The position numbers and the translations under genes are program-made. From contig NZ_QLMH01000003.1 of NCBI RefSeq assembly GCF_003259935.1, forward strand, positions 54,628-94,627: a stretch of DNA of 40,000 nt, read 5' to 3'. Below the pieces are notes generated by a model. It was given only the letters and a program-made list of their open reading frames with translations, was not told the origin of the DNA and made no database searches. Positions within the stretch are counted from its first letter, which is position 1. Every line of letters begins with the position of its first letter. Shown in pieces: positions 16,750 through 26,489 of this stretch. The DNA is from Paranoxybacillus vitaminiphilus (GTDB lineage Bacteria > Bacillota > Bacilli > Bacillales > Anoxybacillaceae).

Positions 16750-18999
16750 ATGGCTGGGGTTCAAACAACGTTAGCGCTAAACGATAAATTGACAGGACCG
16801 TTAATGAAAATGATTCGCGCGATGGATGCAACCATTCGCGTCATGGAAAAGATGGATGCAACCGCGAATCAATTGGATACAAAAGGGTTAGTAAAAGCGC
16901 GTAAAGCGATTACGAACGCATCGGCTGATTTAGAACGCTTGATTGTAGCTTCCAAACAGGCGGATAACTCTTTAACACCACTCCAGTCGAAGTTTACCAG
17001 TTTGCCTCCTCCAATCGGTCGAGCAACAGGTGCTGTTAAAGAGTTTTTTGGCGCATTTTTATTATCGACAGCAGCTTTTGCCGCCTTACAAGGGATTCAA
17101 ACAGGAATTCAGTCATTCGTTCAATCATCAGACGCTTATGTTTCTACATCTGCACGTTTAGCTAACATCAATGACGGTTTGCAAACACAAGCAGAACTGC
17201 AAGAAAAAGTGTATCAAGCAGCTCAAAAAAGCCGGAGTGGCTATATCGATATGGCCAATTCCGTTTCTAAATTAGGATTGTTGGCAGAAGATGCGTTTAA
17301 AAACAATGATGAAATCATCCGATTTTCTGAATTGATGGGCAAGGCCTTCACTGTGTCGGGTGCATCTACTTTCGAACGGCAAGCGGGTATGTATCAGCTC
17401 ACGCAAGCGATGGCAGCAGGAAAACTACAAGGCGATGAGTTTCGTTCCATCATGGAAAATGCGCCGTTGCTTGCAGAAGCAATTGCTGATTTCACCGGCA
17501 AAACAAAAGGTGAATTAAAGGAAATGTCAGCAGACGGAACGATTACGGCTGATATCATCAAAGCCGCACTCTTTAATGCGGCAGATGAAATTGAAAAGAA
17601 ATTCAAAAACATGCCGTTAACATTTGGCGACGCCATGACCATGTTTAAAAACTGGGCATTTCGTGCATTTGAACCTCTGTTCATTCGGTTCAACCAGTTC
17701 GTGAACTCAGATGCGTTTGCGGTCATGGCGGAGCATGCCATGTTTTTTGTTAAAGTCTTTATTGCAGGGATGGACTTCGTCTTCGACACGCTTGAGTTTT
17801 TATACCGAGTGATCGGGGCAGTTGGTCGGTTTTTTGAAGAAAATTGGGCGTGGGTTGCGCCTATTCTGATTGTGATTGGATCGATTTTAGCTGGGATTGG
17901 TCTCATTTTACTCGGCCTTGCGGCGAAATGGTTGATAGTGCGAACAGCTACCCTCATGGCAGCAGCCGCAAAATGGGTATACGATGCAGCTATGCTTAGC
18001 TCCCCAGCCACGTGGGTATTGCTGGGGATTATTGCACTACTCGCTTTGGTCATTTACGCGACGGTAGCTTGGGCAGACCAAACGGCTGCGGTCATCGGGT
18101 TTATCACTGGATTGTTTGCGGCGCTAGGAGCTTTTATTTGGAATAATGTTTTAAATATATGGAATTTATTTGCGGCTTTGGCAGAGTTTTTGATTAATGT
18201 ATTCATCGACCCGACATACGCAGTTAAGAAGTTATTTTATGACTTAGCGAAAATGGTCATTGATAATATGGCAGCGTTAGCTGGTTCTTTTGATAGTGCT
18301 GCAAATGCGCTGGCTCGAGCATTTGTTGCCGGAGCAAATATCGCAATTAGCGCAGTTAACGGCTTAATCAAAGTACTTAACAAAATACCAGGCGTAAACA
18401 TTAGTACAGTTGGTAAATTAAGCGCTGGGTCGGTAAGCAATATCTCAAGTGGATTGAGAAACTTTGCTGCAAATCTCAAAGCTCCTACAAGTAGCAGAAA
18501 TGTAGTCAGTATTCCGCGAATGAACTTAATGAGCATTCCTAATGCGTTTGCTGCAGGAAATGCAGCTGGTGCTAATGTCAGTAAGAGTGTGTCCAATAAA
18601 CTGGCAGGGGTGCTGGATAAAGCGAAAAGTCTAATTCCTAACGGGAAAACAGATAATCCATTCAAGCAGCTGCCCTCTCAAACTCTTGGAAATCAAATCG
18701 CTAACAGTCCGGGGATGACCAATCCACTTGGAGATGAAAAAAACAAGAACCCTACTGGTGGGAAGCTCGATAAAATTGGGAAAATTGACGACGAGATTAA
18801 TATTGCGGAAGAGGATCTGCAGGTATTCAAAGAGTTAGCAACGATCAAGTCCATTCAAAATTTCATCACCTTGACGCCGACGGTTCAAGTGCAAACCGGT
18901 GATATTCGGAATGAAGTGGACGTCAACAAACTCATTAGAAAATTCGAAGAAAGCATGGTCAACGAAATTGCGAGATCGGCTGAAGGAGTGTACTCGTGA
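16750..18999 (+). CDS. Tail tape measure protein
   Basis: 749 aa. YQLTQAMAAGKLQGDEFRSIMENAPLLAEAIA is the tape-measure N-terminal signature. Central hydrophobic, Ala-rich segments are present. Confidence 0.92.
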   Translation: MAGVQTTLALNDKLTGPLMKMIRAMDATIRVMEKMDATANQLDTKGLVKARKAITNASADLERLIVASKQADNSLTPLQSKFTSLPPPIGRATGAVKEFFGAFLLSTAAFAALQGIQTGIQSFVQSSDAYVSTSARLANINDGLQTQAELQEKVYQAAQKSRSGYIDMANSVSKLGLLAEDAFKNNDEIIRFSELMGKAFTVSGASTFERQAGMYQLTQAMAAGKLQGDEFRSIMENAPLLAEAIADFTGKTKGELKEMSADGTITADIIKAALFNAADEIEKKFKNMPLTFGDAMTMFKNWAFRAFEPLFIRFNQFVNSDAFAVMAEHAMFFVKVFIAGMDFVFDTLEFLYRVIGAVGRFFEENWAWVAPILIVIGSILAGIGLILLGLAAKWLIVRTATLMAAAAKWVYDAAMLSSPATWVLLGIIALLALVIYATVAWADQTAAVIGFITGLFAALGAFIWNNVLNIWNLFAALAEFLINVFIDPTYAVKKLFYDLAKMVIDNMAALAGSFDSAANALARAFVAGANIAISAVNGLIKVLNKIPGVNISTVGKLSAGSVSNISSGLRNFAANLKAPTSSRNVVSIPRMNLMSIPNAFAAGNAAGANVSKSVSNKLAGVLDKAKSLIPNGKTDNPFKQLPSQTLGNQIANSPGMTNPLGDEKNKNPTGGKLDKIGKIDDEINIAEEDLQVFKELATIKSIQNFITLTPTVQVQTGDIRNEVDVNKLIRKFEESMVNEIARSAEGVYS

Positions 19000-19673
19000 T
19001 GGAGCGAGCTATCTATTTTTCTATCAACGATCGTGAAATGTTTCGGTTGCCGATCAACCCCGAAAAAGTGAATGTGAAAACAGAAGGAGACGGGGAGGAG
19101 TTTACAATCGCATCGCTGGGGCGCGTAAACGTTCCGAAACACATGAAACTTGAAAGCTTCTCCCTTGAATCGTTTTTCCCTGCTCAACCCTCCCATTATT
19201 CGGGAACAACGTTTAAACAACCGAAATATTATATTGACTTGATTAAGAAGTGGATGGCAAATAGGCAACCGGTTCGCTACATCTATGTGAATGGTTCGTT
19301 TACGATCAACGAATTAGTCACGATCGAAAGATTTGAGTATGATGAATCGTTCGGTAGCGAGGATGTGAATTTTTCGCTTGAACTGAAAAAATACGTGCCA
19401 TTCAGTCCGAAGAAAATGAAAGTAGTCAAACCGAAAACGACAACAGCGCCACCGCAAGTCGTGAAGAACACCCCGACGCGGCAAAACACGAAACCTAAAC
19501 CGACAACATACACTCTGAAAAAAGGGGACAGTTTATGGAAGGTGGCGCAATATTACACAGGGAAGGGAAGCAACTATCCAGAACTGCAAAAATTAAACGG
19601 GATTAAAGACAGCCAATTGCGTAAACTTCCAATTGGTCTGGTGCTGAAGATTCCTCCGAGTTGGGTGAAATAA
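18996..19673 (+). CDS. LysM-domain tail protein (XkdP-like)
   Basis: The C-terminal segment YTLKKGDSLWKVAQYYTGKGSNYPELQKLNGI...LVLKIP is a LysM domain. The start is GTG 18996 or ATG 18999. Confidence 0.85.
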   Translation: MMERAIYFSINDREMFRLPINPEKVNVKTEGDGEEFTIASLGRVNVPKHMKLESFSLESFFPAQPSHYSGTTFKQPKYYIDLIKKWMANRQPVRYIYVNGSFTINELVTIERFEYDESFGSEDVNFSLELKKYVPFSPKKMKVVKPKTTTAPPQVVKNTPTRQNTKPKPTTYTLKKGDSLWKVAQYYTGKGSNYPELQKLNGIKDSQLRKLPIGLVLKIPPSWVK

Positions 19674-19676
19674 ATA

Positions 19677-20636
19677 GTGGAAGTATTGATTGATAATCGT
19701 GATGGTACAGTGTGGGACATGCCGGTTTCAAGTGTTCAATGGAAAACAAATCGGATTGGCAAAGCAGGAACATTAGATGCGAAGTTAGTGCTAGAGGATC
19801 CAACGAAATTCCCGATTAATAGCGGAGCAGTGATTCGTGTAACAGATGGATCATACAAGATTTTCTACGGCTATGTGTTTGAAACAAGCTTTAATGCTAG
19901 TAGTGATTTCAGTGTGAAAGCATACGATCAGCTGCGATATCTCATGTACAATGACACGTTTGTGTTTTCTGCTACTACTGCCACGGCCGGTATAAAGAAA
20001 ATTGCTGCCGATGCAGGATTAAAAATCGGAACGTTTGAAGAAACAGGATATAAAGTACCGGCAATGGTAGAAGACAATAAAAAAGCGTTGGATGTGGTAT
20101 CAAAGTTTTTAGATTCTACCTTAATCGCAACCAATCGAAATTATGTGCTTTTTGATAATTTTGGCTCATTGGAATTACGAAATATCAATAACATGGCTAT
20201 TCGAGCAGACGACTTCTATATTGGAGAAGAGAGTCTGCTTTTTGATTTTGACTATAAGAAATCGATTGACGATGAAACATACAATCGCATCAAATTGGTG
20301 CAGGATAACAAGGATACGGGCAAACGGGAAGTTTATATTGCTCAAGACAGTGCGAATATCGCTAAGTGGGGTAGACTTCAAGAATTCCGGAAAGTCGATG
20401 AGAAAATGAATGCGGCACAAATCAAGGATTTGTTAGACAAGCTGATTAAATTGCGGAATCGGGAGACGAAAACGCTAAAACTCAACTGCCTCGGTCATTG
20501 GAAAGTGCGCGCAGGATGTTTTGTATATATATATTTGAAGAAAATTGGCATCAAACAATATTTTCTCGTCGATGAATGCACGCATACCTGGGAAGGTGGC
20601 GTACACACGATGTCACTAGAATTGAAGGTGATCTGA
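19677..20636 (+). CDS. Baseplate hub / late-control-D-like protein (XkdQ-like)
   Basis: Size (319 aa) and position after the LysM protein match the PBSX gene order. Confidence 0.75.
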   Translation: MEVLIDNRDGTVWDMPVSSVQWKTNRIGKAGTLDAKLVLEDPTKFPINSGAVIRVTDGSYKIFYGYVFETSFNASSDFSVKAYDQLRYLMYNDTFVFSATTATAGIKKIAADAGLKIGTFEETGYKVPAMVEDNKKALDVVSKFLDSTLIATNRNYVLFDNFGSLELRNINNMAIRADDFYIGEESLLFDFDYKKSIDDETYNRIKLVQDNKDTGKREVYIAQDSANIAKWGRLQEFRKVDEKMNAAQIKDLLDKLIKLRNRETKTLKLNCLGHWKVRAGCFVYIYLKKIGIKQYFLVDECTHTWEGGVHTMSLELKVI

Positions 20637-20893
20637 TGAGTTTAGTAGATTTGATTAAAACTGTTGCTGTGAAATCTGTGGAAGCGACAAATCCGGTTAA
20701 TGTTTTGTTTGGCACAGTTGTATCCGAAAGCCCTCTTGAGATTCAAATACATCAAAAGTTGAGACTGACGGAAGATTTTTTAGTGATCACGGAACGTGTA
20801 GATCAGGCGAATGTAAGAAGGGGAGATAGAGTGGTTTTGCTGCGTGTGCAGGGCGGTCAGCAATTCATTGTTTTGGATAAGGTGGTGAAGTGA
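20636..20893 (+). CDS. Baseplate spike-associated small protein (XkdR-like, DUF2577)
   Basis: ATG 20636 overlaps the upstream stop (TGATG). MSLVDLIKTVAVKSVEATNPVNVLFGTV is typical of DUF2577. The track start at 20576 is too far upstream. Confidence 0.72.
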   Translation: MSLVDLIKTVAVKSVEATNPVNVLFGTVVSESPLEIQIHQKLRLTEDFLVITERVDQANVRRGDRVVLLRVQGGQQFIVLDKVVK

Positions 20894-21303
20894 TGGTTCT
20901 GCCTTCTGGAGATATTTTGCTCGAAGATTTGGAAGTGAACGATGCCTCTACTTTGCCTAGTAAAACTTATCGCTTGGACTTTGAAAACGGGCGATGTGCG
21001 GGGATGATTGATGGGCTAGAAGCTATCAAACAATCCATCTTCAAAATGCTAAGTACTGAACGTTTTAAACATCTAATTTATAGCGATGACTACGGCTTCG
21101 AAAACTTAACAGGGAAGGAAAGGCTTTTTGTCCAGGCGGAATTGCCACGAAGAATTGAAGAAGCCGTTCTACAGGATACGCGCGTCCTATCAGTTGAAGA
21201 TATGAACATCCAATTCCAAGGAGATTCGGCTATCGCCTCATTCGTGTGTCAAACTGTATACGGAAAAATAGAAATGTCCAAGGAGGTGAACGGCATTGTT
21301 TGA
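20890..21303 (+). CDS. Baseplate wedge protein (XkdS-like, DUF2634)
   Basis: TYRLDFENGR..IDGLEAIKQSIFKMLSTERF pattern. Overlaps its neighbours. Confidence 0.72.
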   Translation: MMVLPSGDILLEDLEVNDASTLPSKTYRLDFENGRCAGMIDGLEAIKQSIFKMLSTERFKHLIYSDDYGFENLTGKERLFVQAELPRRIEEAVLQDTRVLSVEDMNIQFQGDSAIASFVCQTVYGKIEMSKEVNGIV

Positions 21304-22333
21304 GCATCAAACGTTTGAGGCTATTTTGCAAAGAATGCTCGACCAAGTGCCTGATGATGTTGATAAACAAGAAGGTTCCATCATTTATGACGCATTGGCG
21401 CCTGCTGCGATGGAATTGGCACAGATGTATACGGAGTTGGATGTTATTTTGCGTTTGGCGTTTGGTGAAACATCGACAGGTGAATATCTCAAACGTCGTG
21501 CAGCCGATTTTGGTGTTTACAAAAAAGAAGCCACATCTGCAATTCGAAAAGGTATATTTACTGACGAAAATGCGTCACCGTTCAACGTACCAATCGGAAG
21601 CCGATTTAGGCTTAATGATATGGTCTATGTAGCTACTGAAAAAATAGTAGATGGTCAGTTTCGTATGCGGGCAGAAACTGCAGGTAGTGTAGGGAATCAG
21701 GAATTTGGAAATCTGCTCCCGGTAGAACCAATTGAAGGGTTGGGAACGGCGATATTATCGGATGTTCTCATTCCTGGCGAGGATGAAGAGAGTGATGATT
21801 CACTTCGAAAACGATTTTTGCAAAAAGTACGAGAGCCTGGCACTAGTGGGAATGCAAATGATTATAAGCGATGGGCGACAGAAGTTGTTGGTGTTGGTGC
21901 GGCAAAAGTAACGCCTCTTTGGAATGGACCGGGTACTATAAAAGTAACGATTGTTAACAATGATATGCAGCCGGCAGCTAATGAATTAGTAGCACAAGTG
22001 AGTGAATATATCGAACAAGTGAGACCAATCGGAGCAACGGTGACAGTTGTTTCCGCAACAGGAAAGCCCATCGATGTTTCCGCAACCGTTGTTCTTGCGT
22101 CAGGATATACATTACAAGACGTACAAGATGTATTTGCCCAACAGTGTCGCAAATACCTGCAGGAAACAGCTTTTTCAACAACCTACGTTAGCTATGCGAA
22201 AATCGGAACTCTCCTGTTAAACACGCCAGGCGTAATCGACTACAGCGAGTTGACACTGAACGGCGGCACAGCTAATGTTGCGCTTCAAGATGACGAGGTG
22301 CCTGTTCTTGGTTCGGTTGTATTGGGGGTGTAG
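21296..22333 (+). CDS. Baseplate J-like protein (XkdT-like)
   Basis: 345 aa. GSIIYDALAPAAMELAQMY and NDYKRWA motifs typical of the Baseplate_J family. AAGGAGGTG lies 8 nt upstream of TTG 21296. Confidence 0.9.
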   Translation: MFEHQTFEAILQRMLDQVPDDVDKQEGSIIYDALAPAAMELAQMYTELDVILRLAFGETSTGEYLKRRAADFGVYKKEATSAIRKGIFTDENASPFNVPIGSRFRLNDMVYVATEKIVDGQFRMRAETAGSVGNQEFGNLLPVEPIEGLGTAILSDVLIPGEDEESDDSLRKRFLQKVREPGTSGNANDYKRWATEVVGVGAAKVTPLWNGPGTIKVTIVNNDMQPAANELVAQVSEYIEQVRPIGATVTVVSATGKPIDVSATVVLASGYTLQDVQDVFAQQCRKYLQETAFSTTYVSYAKIGTLLLNTPGVIDYSELTLNGGTANVALQDDEVPVLGSVVLGV

Positions 22334-22336
22334 TGG

Positions 22337-22747
22337 TTGGCGTACCCGGAGAAAATTGACCAATTTCCAATCAAACTGAATAAAAAGCCCGACGGCAATC
22401 GGTATGCGATTGAAGAAGAAGTTGTTCCTGTCGATGGCGTGTATGAAGGGGAATTGCGCCATGACAACGTTGTGAAAGACACAGTCCGTGTGTATACAGG
22501 ATCAAAAATGACAGGGAATCGCATCGACCAATTCGTTTTGTCGGTTCCGTCCGAACGCCCATGGCGCATGTCGATCAAAATTTTTGCGGATGTTCCGAAA
22601 CTGTATGTTTCATACGAGACGCCCGGCGATACGGTCGAAGCTGATGACGTGAATGCTTTGCAGGATGCTATCACAGCCACACAAACGGAATTGGAGCGAT
22701 ACAAAGCCGAGGGGATTATCGACGGCGGAACATTTGTAAGGGGGTAA
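22337..22747 (+). CDS. Hypothetical tail/baseplate-associated protein
   Basis: ORF track. Tightly packed between baseplate J and a fibre gene. No family recognised. Confidence 0.5.
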   Translation: MAYPEKIDQFPIKLNKKPDGNRYAIEEEVVPVDGVYEGELRHDNVVKDTVRVYTGSKMTGNRIDQFVLSVPSERPWRMSIKIFADVPKLYVSYETPGDTVEADDVNALQDAITATQTELERYKAEGIIDGGTFVRG

Positions 22748-22753
22748 AAGAAT

Positions 22754-23767
22754 ATGCCGCAAACCATACGGATTAAACGAGGAACCAAGGCACAACTGGA
22801 TGCATACGGTCCTTTGCAGCAAGGAGAAATGGGATTTTGTACAGACACAAAAGAAGTGTATATCGGAGATGGGACGCAAAACACATTTGTCGGCCGTGCC
22901 ATGTCTGGGACTCTGGCGAATCGCCCGAATGCTTCGGCGGCTGGACGATTTTATTTTGCCACGGATGATGGGTATCTGTATTTGGATTCGGGAACGGCAT
23001 GGCAACGAATCAGCGTGAAAAACCTCACCGACTTGAACGGAACCGTTGACGACATTGCAGATGGGACGAACTATGCAAAAGTGAAAAAGACTGATGTGAC
23101 GAACGGTAGTGTCAATAAGGTTTCGGATGGCACAAAGACGGCCACGGCTGCCCAAATCCGAGACCATATCGACAATGCGACAATCCATCGCCAAATCAAC
23201 GATTCCGGAACCGGCCCGACAGACCTTTGGAGCGCACAAAAAATCAGGAATGAGATTGAACTTGCGAAGCGCAACATTGAGCCGCAAGCGAGCGTGAAAA
23301 ACCGCACCACTACAACGCCGCCAACTACACCGGCAGTCGGCGATCGATACATTATCCCATCTGGAGCGACAGGAGCATGGTCGGGACAGACGAACAAGAT
23401 CGCGGAATGGAACGGTTCCACATGGGGTTTATACACGCCGCAAATCGGTTGGACGTGCTATGTAGATGATGAACAAAAGATTTATAGCTGGAACGGTACG
23501 GCATGGGTGCGAACCGGTGGCGCGCTGCAAACCATCACCGCCGGCAATGGTCTTACCGGCGGCGGTCAAGCGGATACAGTCACCCTGCACGTTGGGGCTG
23601 GAAACGGAATCAATGTTTTAGCTGATTCAATCGAAGTGAAGGCGTATCGAGGAATAACGGTCAATGCAAACGGTGTTGCGGCAAATATTGATGGTAGCAG
23701 CATTGTCTACGATTCAGCGAATGGAAACCGGCTCATGGTGGCGGTTGTCGATGGAGGAACGTTCTAA
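22754..23767 (+). CDS. Tail fibre-like protein with an Mtd_N/hyaluronidase-N-like N-terminus and a DUF2793-like region
   Basis: N-terminus IRIKRGTKAQLDAYGPLQQGEMGFCTDTKEVYIGDG. Central segment VGDRYIIPSGATGAWSGQTNKIAEWNGSTWGLY resembles DUF2793. Confidence 0.7.
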   Translation: MPQTIRIKRGTKAQLDAYGPLQQGEMGFCTDTKEVYIGDGTQNTFVGRAMSGTLANRPNASAAGRFYFATDDGYLYLDSGTAWQRISVKNLTDLNGTVDDIADGTNYAKVKKTDVTNGSVNKVSDGTKTATAAQIRDHIDNATIHRQINDSGTGPTDLWSAQKIRNEIELAKRNIEPQASVKNRTTTTPPTTPAVGDRYIIPSGATGAWSGQTNKIAEWNGSTWGLYTPQIGWTCYVDDEQKIYSWNGTAWVRTGGALQTITAGNGLTGGGQADTVTLHVGAGNGINVLADSIEVKAYRGITVNANGVAANIDGSSIVYDSANGNRLMVAVVDGGTF

Positions 23768-23785
23768 GGTTAGGGGTGACGGCCA

Positions 23786-24082
23786 ATGCCAAGAAATGTA
23801 CTCATCAAAGTTCGTCGAGGATTGGAGACCCAGCTTCCTACGCTTGATGTAGGAGAGCTCGGATACTGCACGGACACAAAAAAACTTTATATCGGAACAG
23901 CTGCCGGAAATCAGCTTCTACTTGCTGCTCAATCCGTTGGAGACATGCTCAAATCTATATACGACACGGATAATGATGGGGCAGTAGATCAAGCAGAAAA
24001 CGCTGATACCGTGGACGGAAAACATGCAGCGGATTTCATGCCCAAAGGTCCAATCACCTGGAATCAACTGAAAGGGGTGTGA
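23786..24082 (+). CDS. Small fibre-related protein repeating the same N-terminal motif
   Basis: VLIKVRRGLETQLPTLDVGELGYCTDTKKLYIGTAAG parallels the N-terminus of the preceding ORF. Confidence 0.55.
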   Translation: MPRNVLIKVRRGLETQLPTLDVGELGYCTDTKKLYIGTAAGNQLLLAAQSVGDMLKSIYDTDNDGAVDQAENADTVDGKHAADFMPKGPITWNQLKGV

Positions 24083-24085
24083 TGA

Positions 24086-24700
24086 ATGTACGGTCAAACT
24101 TTATATGGTACGACTCTTTTTGGAACAGATAATCAAGAAAATTCATTGCCATCCCAATCAGTTGACTTGTTTCAGTACCTTCCAGATTATTATCGTGTTA
24201 TTCGAGAGTTTCAACAAATCATGAGTACAAAGGGAGAAGAACTCGGACAGCTTTTGTCTGAGATTAATAATCTGCCAAATCAGTTTTCCATTGATACAGC
24301 GACATGGGGATTGTCTTTTTGGGAGTCCGAACTTGGTCTTACTATTGACTCAACAAAGCCGATTGAGTGGCGCCGGGAACGGCTTAAGGCTAAACTTCGT
24401 GGAGCGGGAACTACAACAAAACAAATGATCATTGATGCAGCTGCAGCATTCAGTGGCGGCGAAGTGGATGTCATCGAATATCCGGCTGAGTACCGGTTTG
24501 AGGTGAAATTCATCGGTGTGAAGGGAATTCCGCCAAATATGGCGGGGTTTATTGAAATGCTCGAGCAGATCAAGCCTGCTCATTTGGCGTACAGCTTTAG
24601 GTACACATATACGGTGTGGGATGCAGTTAAAAATCTCACATGGAATCAAGCTCAAAATAAGACGTGGAACGAACTCAAAGTATACGATGAAGGAGTGTGA
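24086..24700 (+). CDS. Baseplate protein, P2 gpI-like (XkdU/YmfQ-like, DUF2313)
   Basis: LFQYLPDYYR...FQQIMSTKGEELGQL and EWRRERLKAKLRG patterns typical of the Tail_P2_I/DUF2313 family. Confidence 0.72.
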   Translation: MYGQTLYGTTLFGTDNQENSLPSQSVDLFQYLPDYYRVIREFQQIMSTKGEELGQLLSEINNLPNQFSIDTATWGLSFWESELGLTIDSTKPIEWRRERLKAKLRGAGTTTKQMIIDAAAAFSGGEVDVIEYPAEYRFEVKFIGVKGIPPNMAGFIEMLEQIKPAHLAYSFRYTYTVWDAVKNLTWNQAQNKTWNELKVYDEGV

Positions 24701-24705
24701 GAAAG

Positions 24706-26472
24706 ATGCAGCTTACAGGGAACTTAGGTTTGAAAAAACCCGAAGGAACAGACGTCGTCAACATCGATGACCTGAATCAAAACTTTGATATTTTGGACGT
24801 TGAAGTAGTGAAAGTCGCTTCTCCTACCCAAAACGGACGAATGTCTGCGGCGGATAAAGCGAAGCTCGATGGTATTGAGGCTGGGGCGCAACGAAATACT
24901 ATCACAAGTGTAAATGGGAAAATAGGAGCCGTTTCCCTCAGCGCTGCCGATGTCGGAGCAAGTCCGACAGGACATACACATACATTCGCAGAGATCACAA
25001 GCAAACCGACAACGCTGTCTGGGTATGGAATCACAGACGCTATTCCAGCGAGCCAAAAAGGGGCAGCCAATGGTGTTGCCACGCTTGACGGAAGCACGAA
25101 AGTTCCGGTTTCACAATTACCAACGGCAAGCACAAGCGCGGCGGGGATTGTTCAATTAGATGACTCTGTTTCAAGCACAAGTACAACGAAATCGGCGACA
25201 GCAAACGCGGTCAAACAGGTCAACGACGCTCTTGCTGCGCATTCGGCTGATACTGCGGCACATGGTATCGGGGATAAATCAGCTTTATTGACAAACAACA
25301 AAAGTACTCTCGTTGCAGCAATCAATGAACTTTTTACATCTGTCAGTAATGGAAAAAACCAAATCGCTGCCGCCATTACTGACAAGGGCGTTAGCGCAAG
25401 CGGCAGCGATACATTTGGTAGTTTAGCTAGTAAAATACAATCTATTACTTCGATACCAAACGAATTCAAAACAGGTGCATTTAAAACTAATTGGATATGC
25501 TCAAATATTTATACAGTTTTTGCAGATAGCAGTTACGATATAAGTGAATTATATATTTCACCTAATAAACGTTATATTCTTATGGTCGGTAAAGATATTG
25601 GTGGTGATAGCTTCAGAGCTGTAATATACGATACTGTTTTACAAGATATTGTATCGACTTTATCAACAACACTTACTGATTTGTGTGATTATGGTACAGG
25701 TATAGCAGATGATGGAACATGGATAATTGCTTATTCTAATAAAGTAAGAATTTACTCACTTGATGGAACTTATGCAGAAATAAGTATGTCTCCTACAGCA
25801 TATGATATCCGATCTGCTAGTTTAAGTCCGAACGGTCAATATATTGCTATTATTTCTGAACGTGTATATCTAAGCGGTACTATTAATCCATATAAATATT
25901 ATGTTGCATTATTTAAGAGATCATCAGGAAAAAACTACTATCAAATGGCGTCTTATACATCAGAGTGGCCTACTGCTATTTACAGTGCTGGTAGTATTTG
26001 TGTTAATAATTCAGGACGCTTATATTTTTCGGTAGATTATTATATGAATACTATGTCTAACACTGGCAGTGTAAGCAGTGGTATTATTGATAATTCTTTT
26101 AATACAGCTCAATCTTTTAAAGCAGATTTGAATACCGATAGAGTATTTTTAATAGGTAGAAATGGAACAAAAAAAATTGGTGGATTGTCAACTAGCTCTT
26201 ATACAATATCATGGGAATATGCTTTTTCAACCAATGATACAGTATGTGGATTAACTGTGGATGGCGATTATGTATATGTTGCTGTGTATAATACTACTAA
26301 GAGAATAATGAAATTTAATAAATCAACAGGAACGCTTGTTGAAACAATTGTTTTTGATGACACTAGTGTTATTCCTATTTATTATGCACAACATGTTGAA
26401 AATGGTTTATTTATGATTATGTCAAATGAAAGCCCTGATTATGGACGAGCACAATTAGCTCAAAAATTATAG
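24706..26472 (+). CDS. Tail fibre protein: conserved N-terminal and shaft motifs plus an AT-rich, beta-propeller-like C-terminal domain
   Basis: N-terminus MQLTGNLGLKKPEGTDVVNIDDLNQNFDILD, then GRMSAADKAKLDGIE, KPTTLSGYGITDA and AAGIVQLDDSVSSTS..ATANAVK fibre repeats. GAAGGAG lies 8-9 nt before ATG 24706. Confidence 0.88.
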   Translation: MQLTGNLGLKKPEGTDVVNIDDLNQNFDILDVEVVKVASPTQNGRMSAADKAKLDGIEAGAQRNTITSVNGKIGAVSLSAADVGASPTGHTHTFAEITSKPTTLSGYGITDAIPASQKGAANGVATLDGSTKVPVSQLPTASTSAAGIVQLDDSVSSTSTTKSATANAVKQVNDALAAHSADTAAHGIGDKSALLTNNKSTLVAAINELFTSVSNGKNQIAAAITDKGVSASGSDTFGSLASKIQSITSIPNEFKTGAFKTNWICSNIYTVFADSSYDISELYISPNKRYILMVGKDIGGDSFRAVIYDTVLQDIVSTLSTTLTDLCDYGTGIADDGTWIIAYSNKVRIYSLDGTYAEISMSPTAYDIRSASLSPNGQYIAIISERVYLSGTINPYKYYVALFKRSSGKNYYQMASYTSEWPTAIYSAGSICVNNSGRLYFSVDYYMNTMSNTGSVSSGIIDNSFNTAQSFKADLNTDRVFLIGRNGTKKIGGLSTSSYTISWEYAFSTNDTVCGLTVDGDYVYVAVYNTTKRIMKFNKSTGTLVETIVFDDTSVIPIYYAQHVENGLFMIMSNESPDYGRAQLAQKL

Positions 26473-26489
26473 AAGAAAAGGTGGTCTAT

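Noticed and set aside
22754-24082. Diversity-generating retroelement, suggested by Mtd_N-like N-termini on two fibre-like ORFs
   Set aside because: No reverse transcriptase gene is present. I could not find a template/variable repeat pair near the 3' ends of these genes. Mtd_N-like modules also occur in ordinary fibre and hyaluronidase-type proteins.
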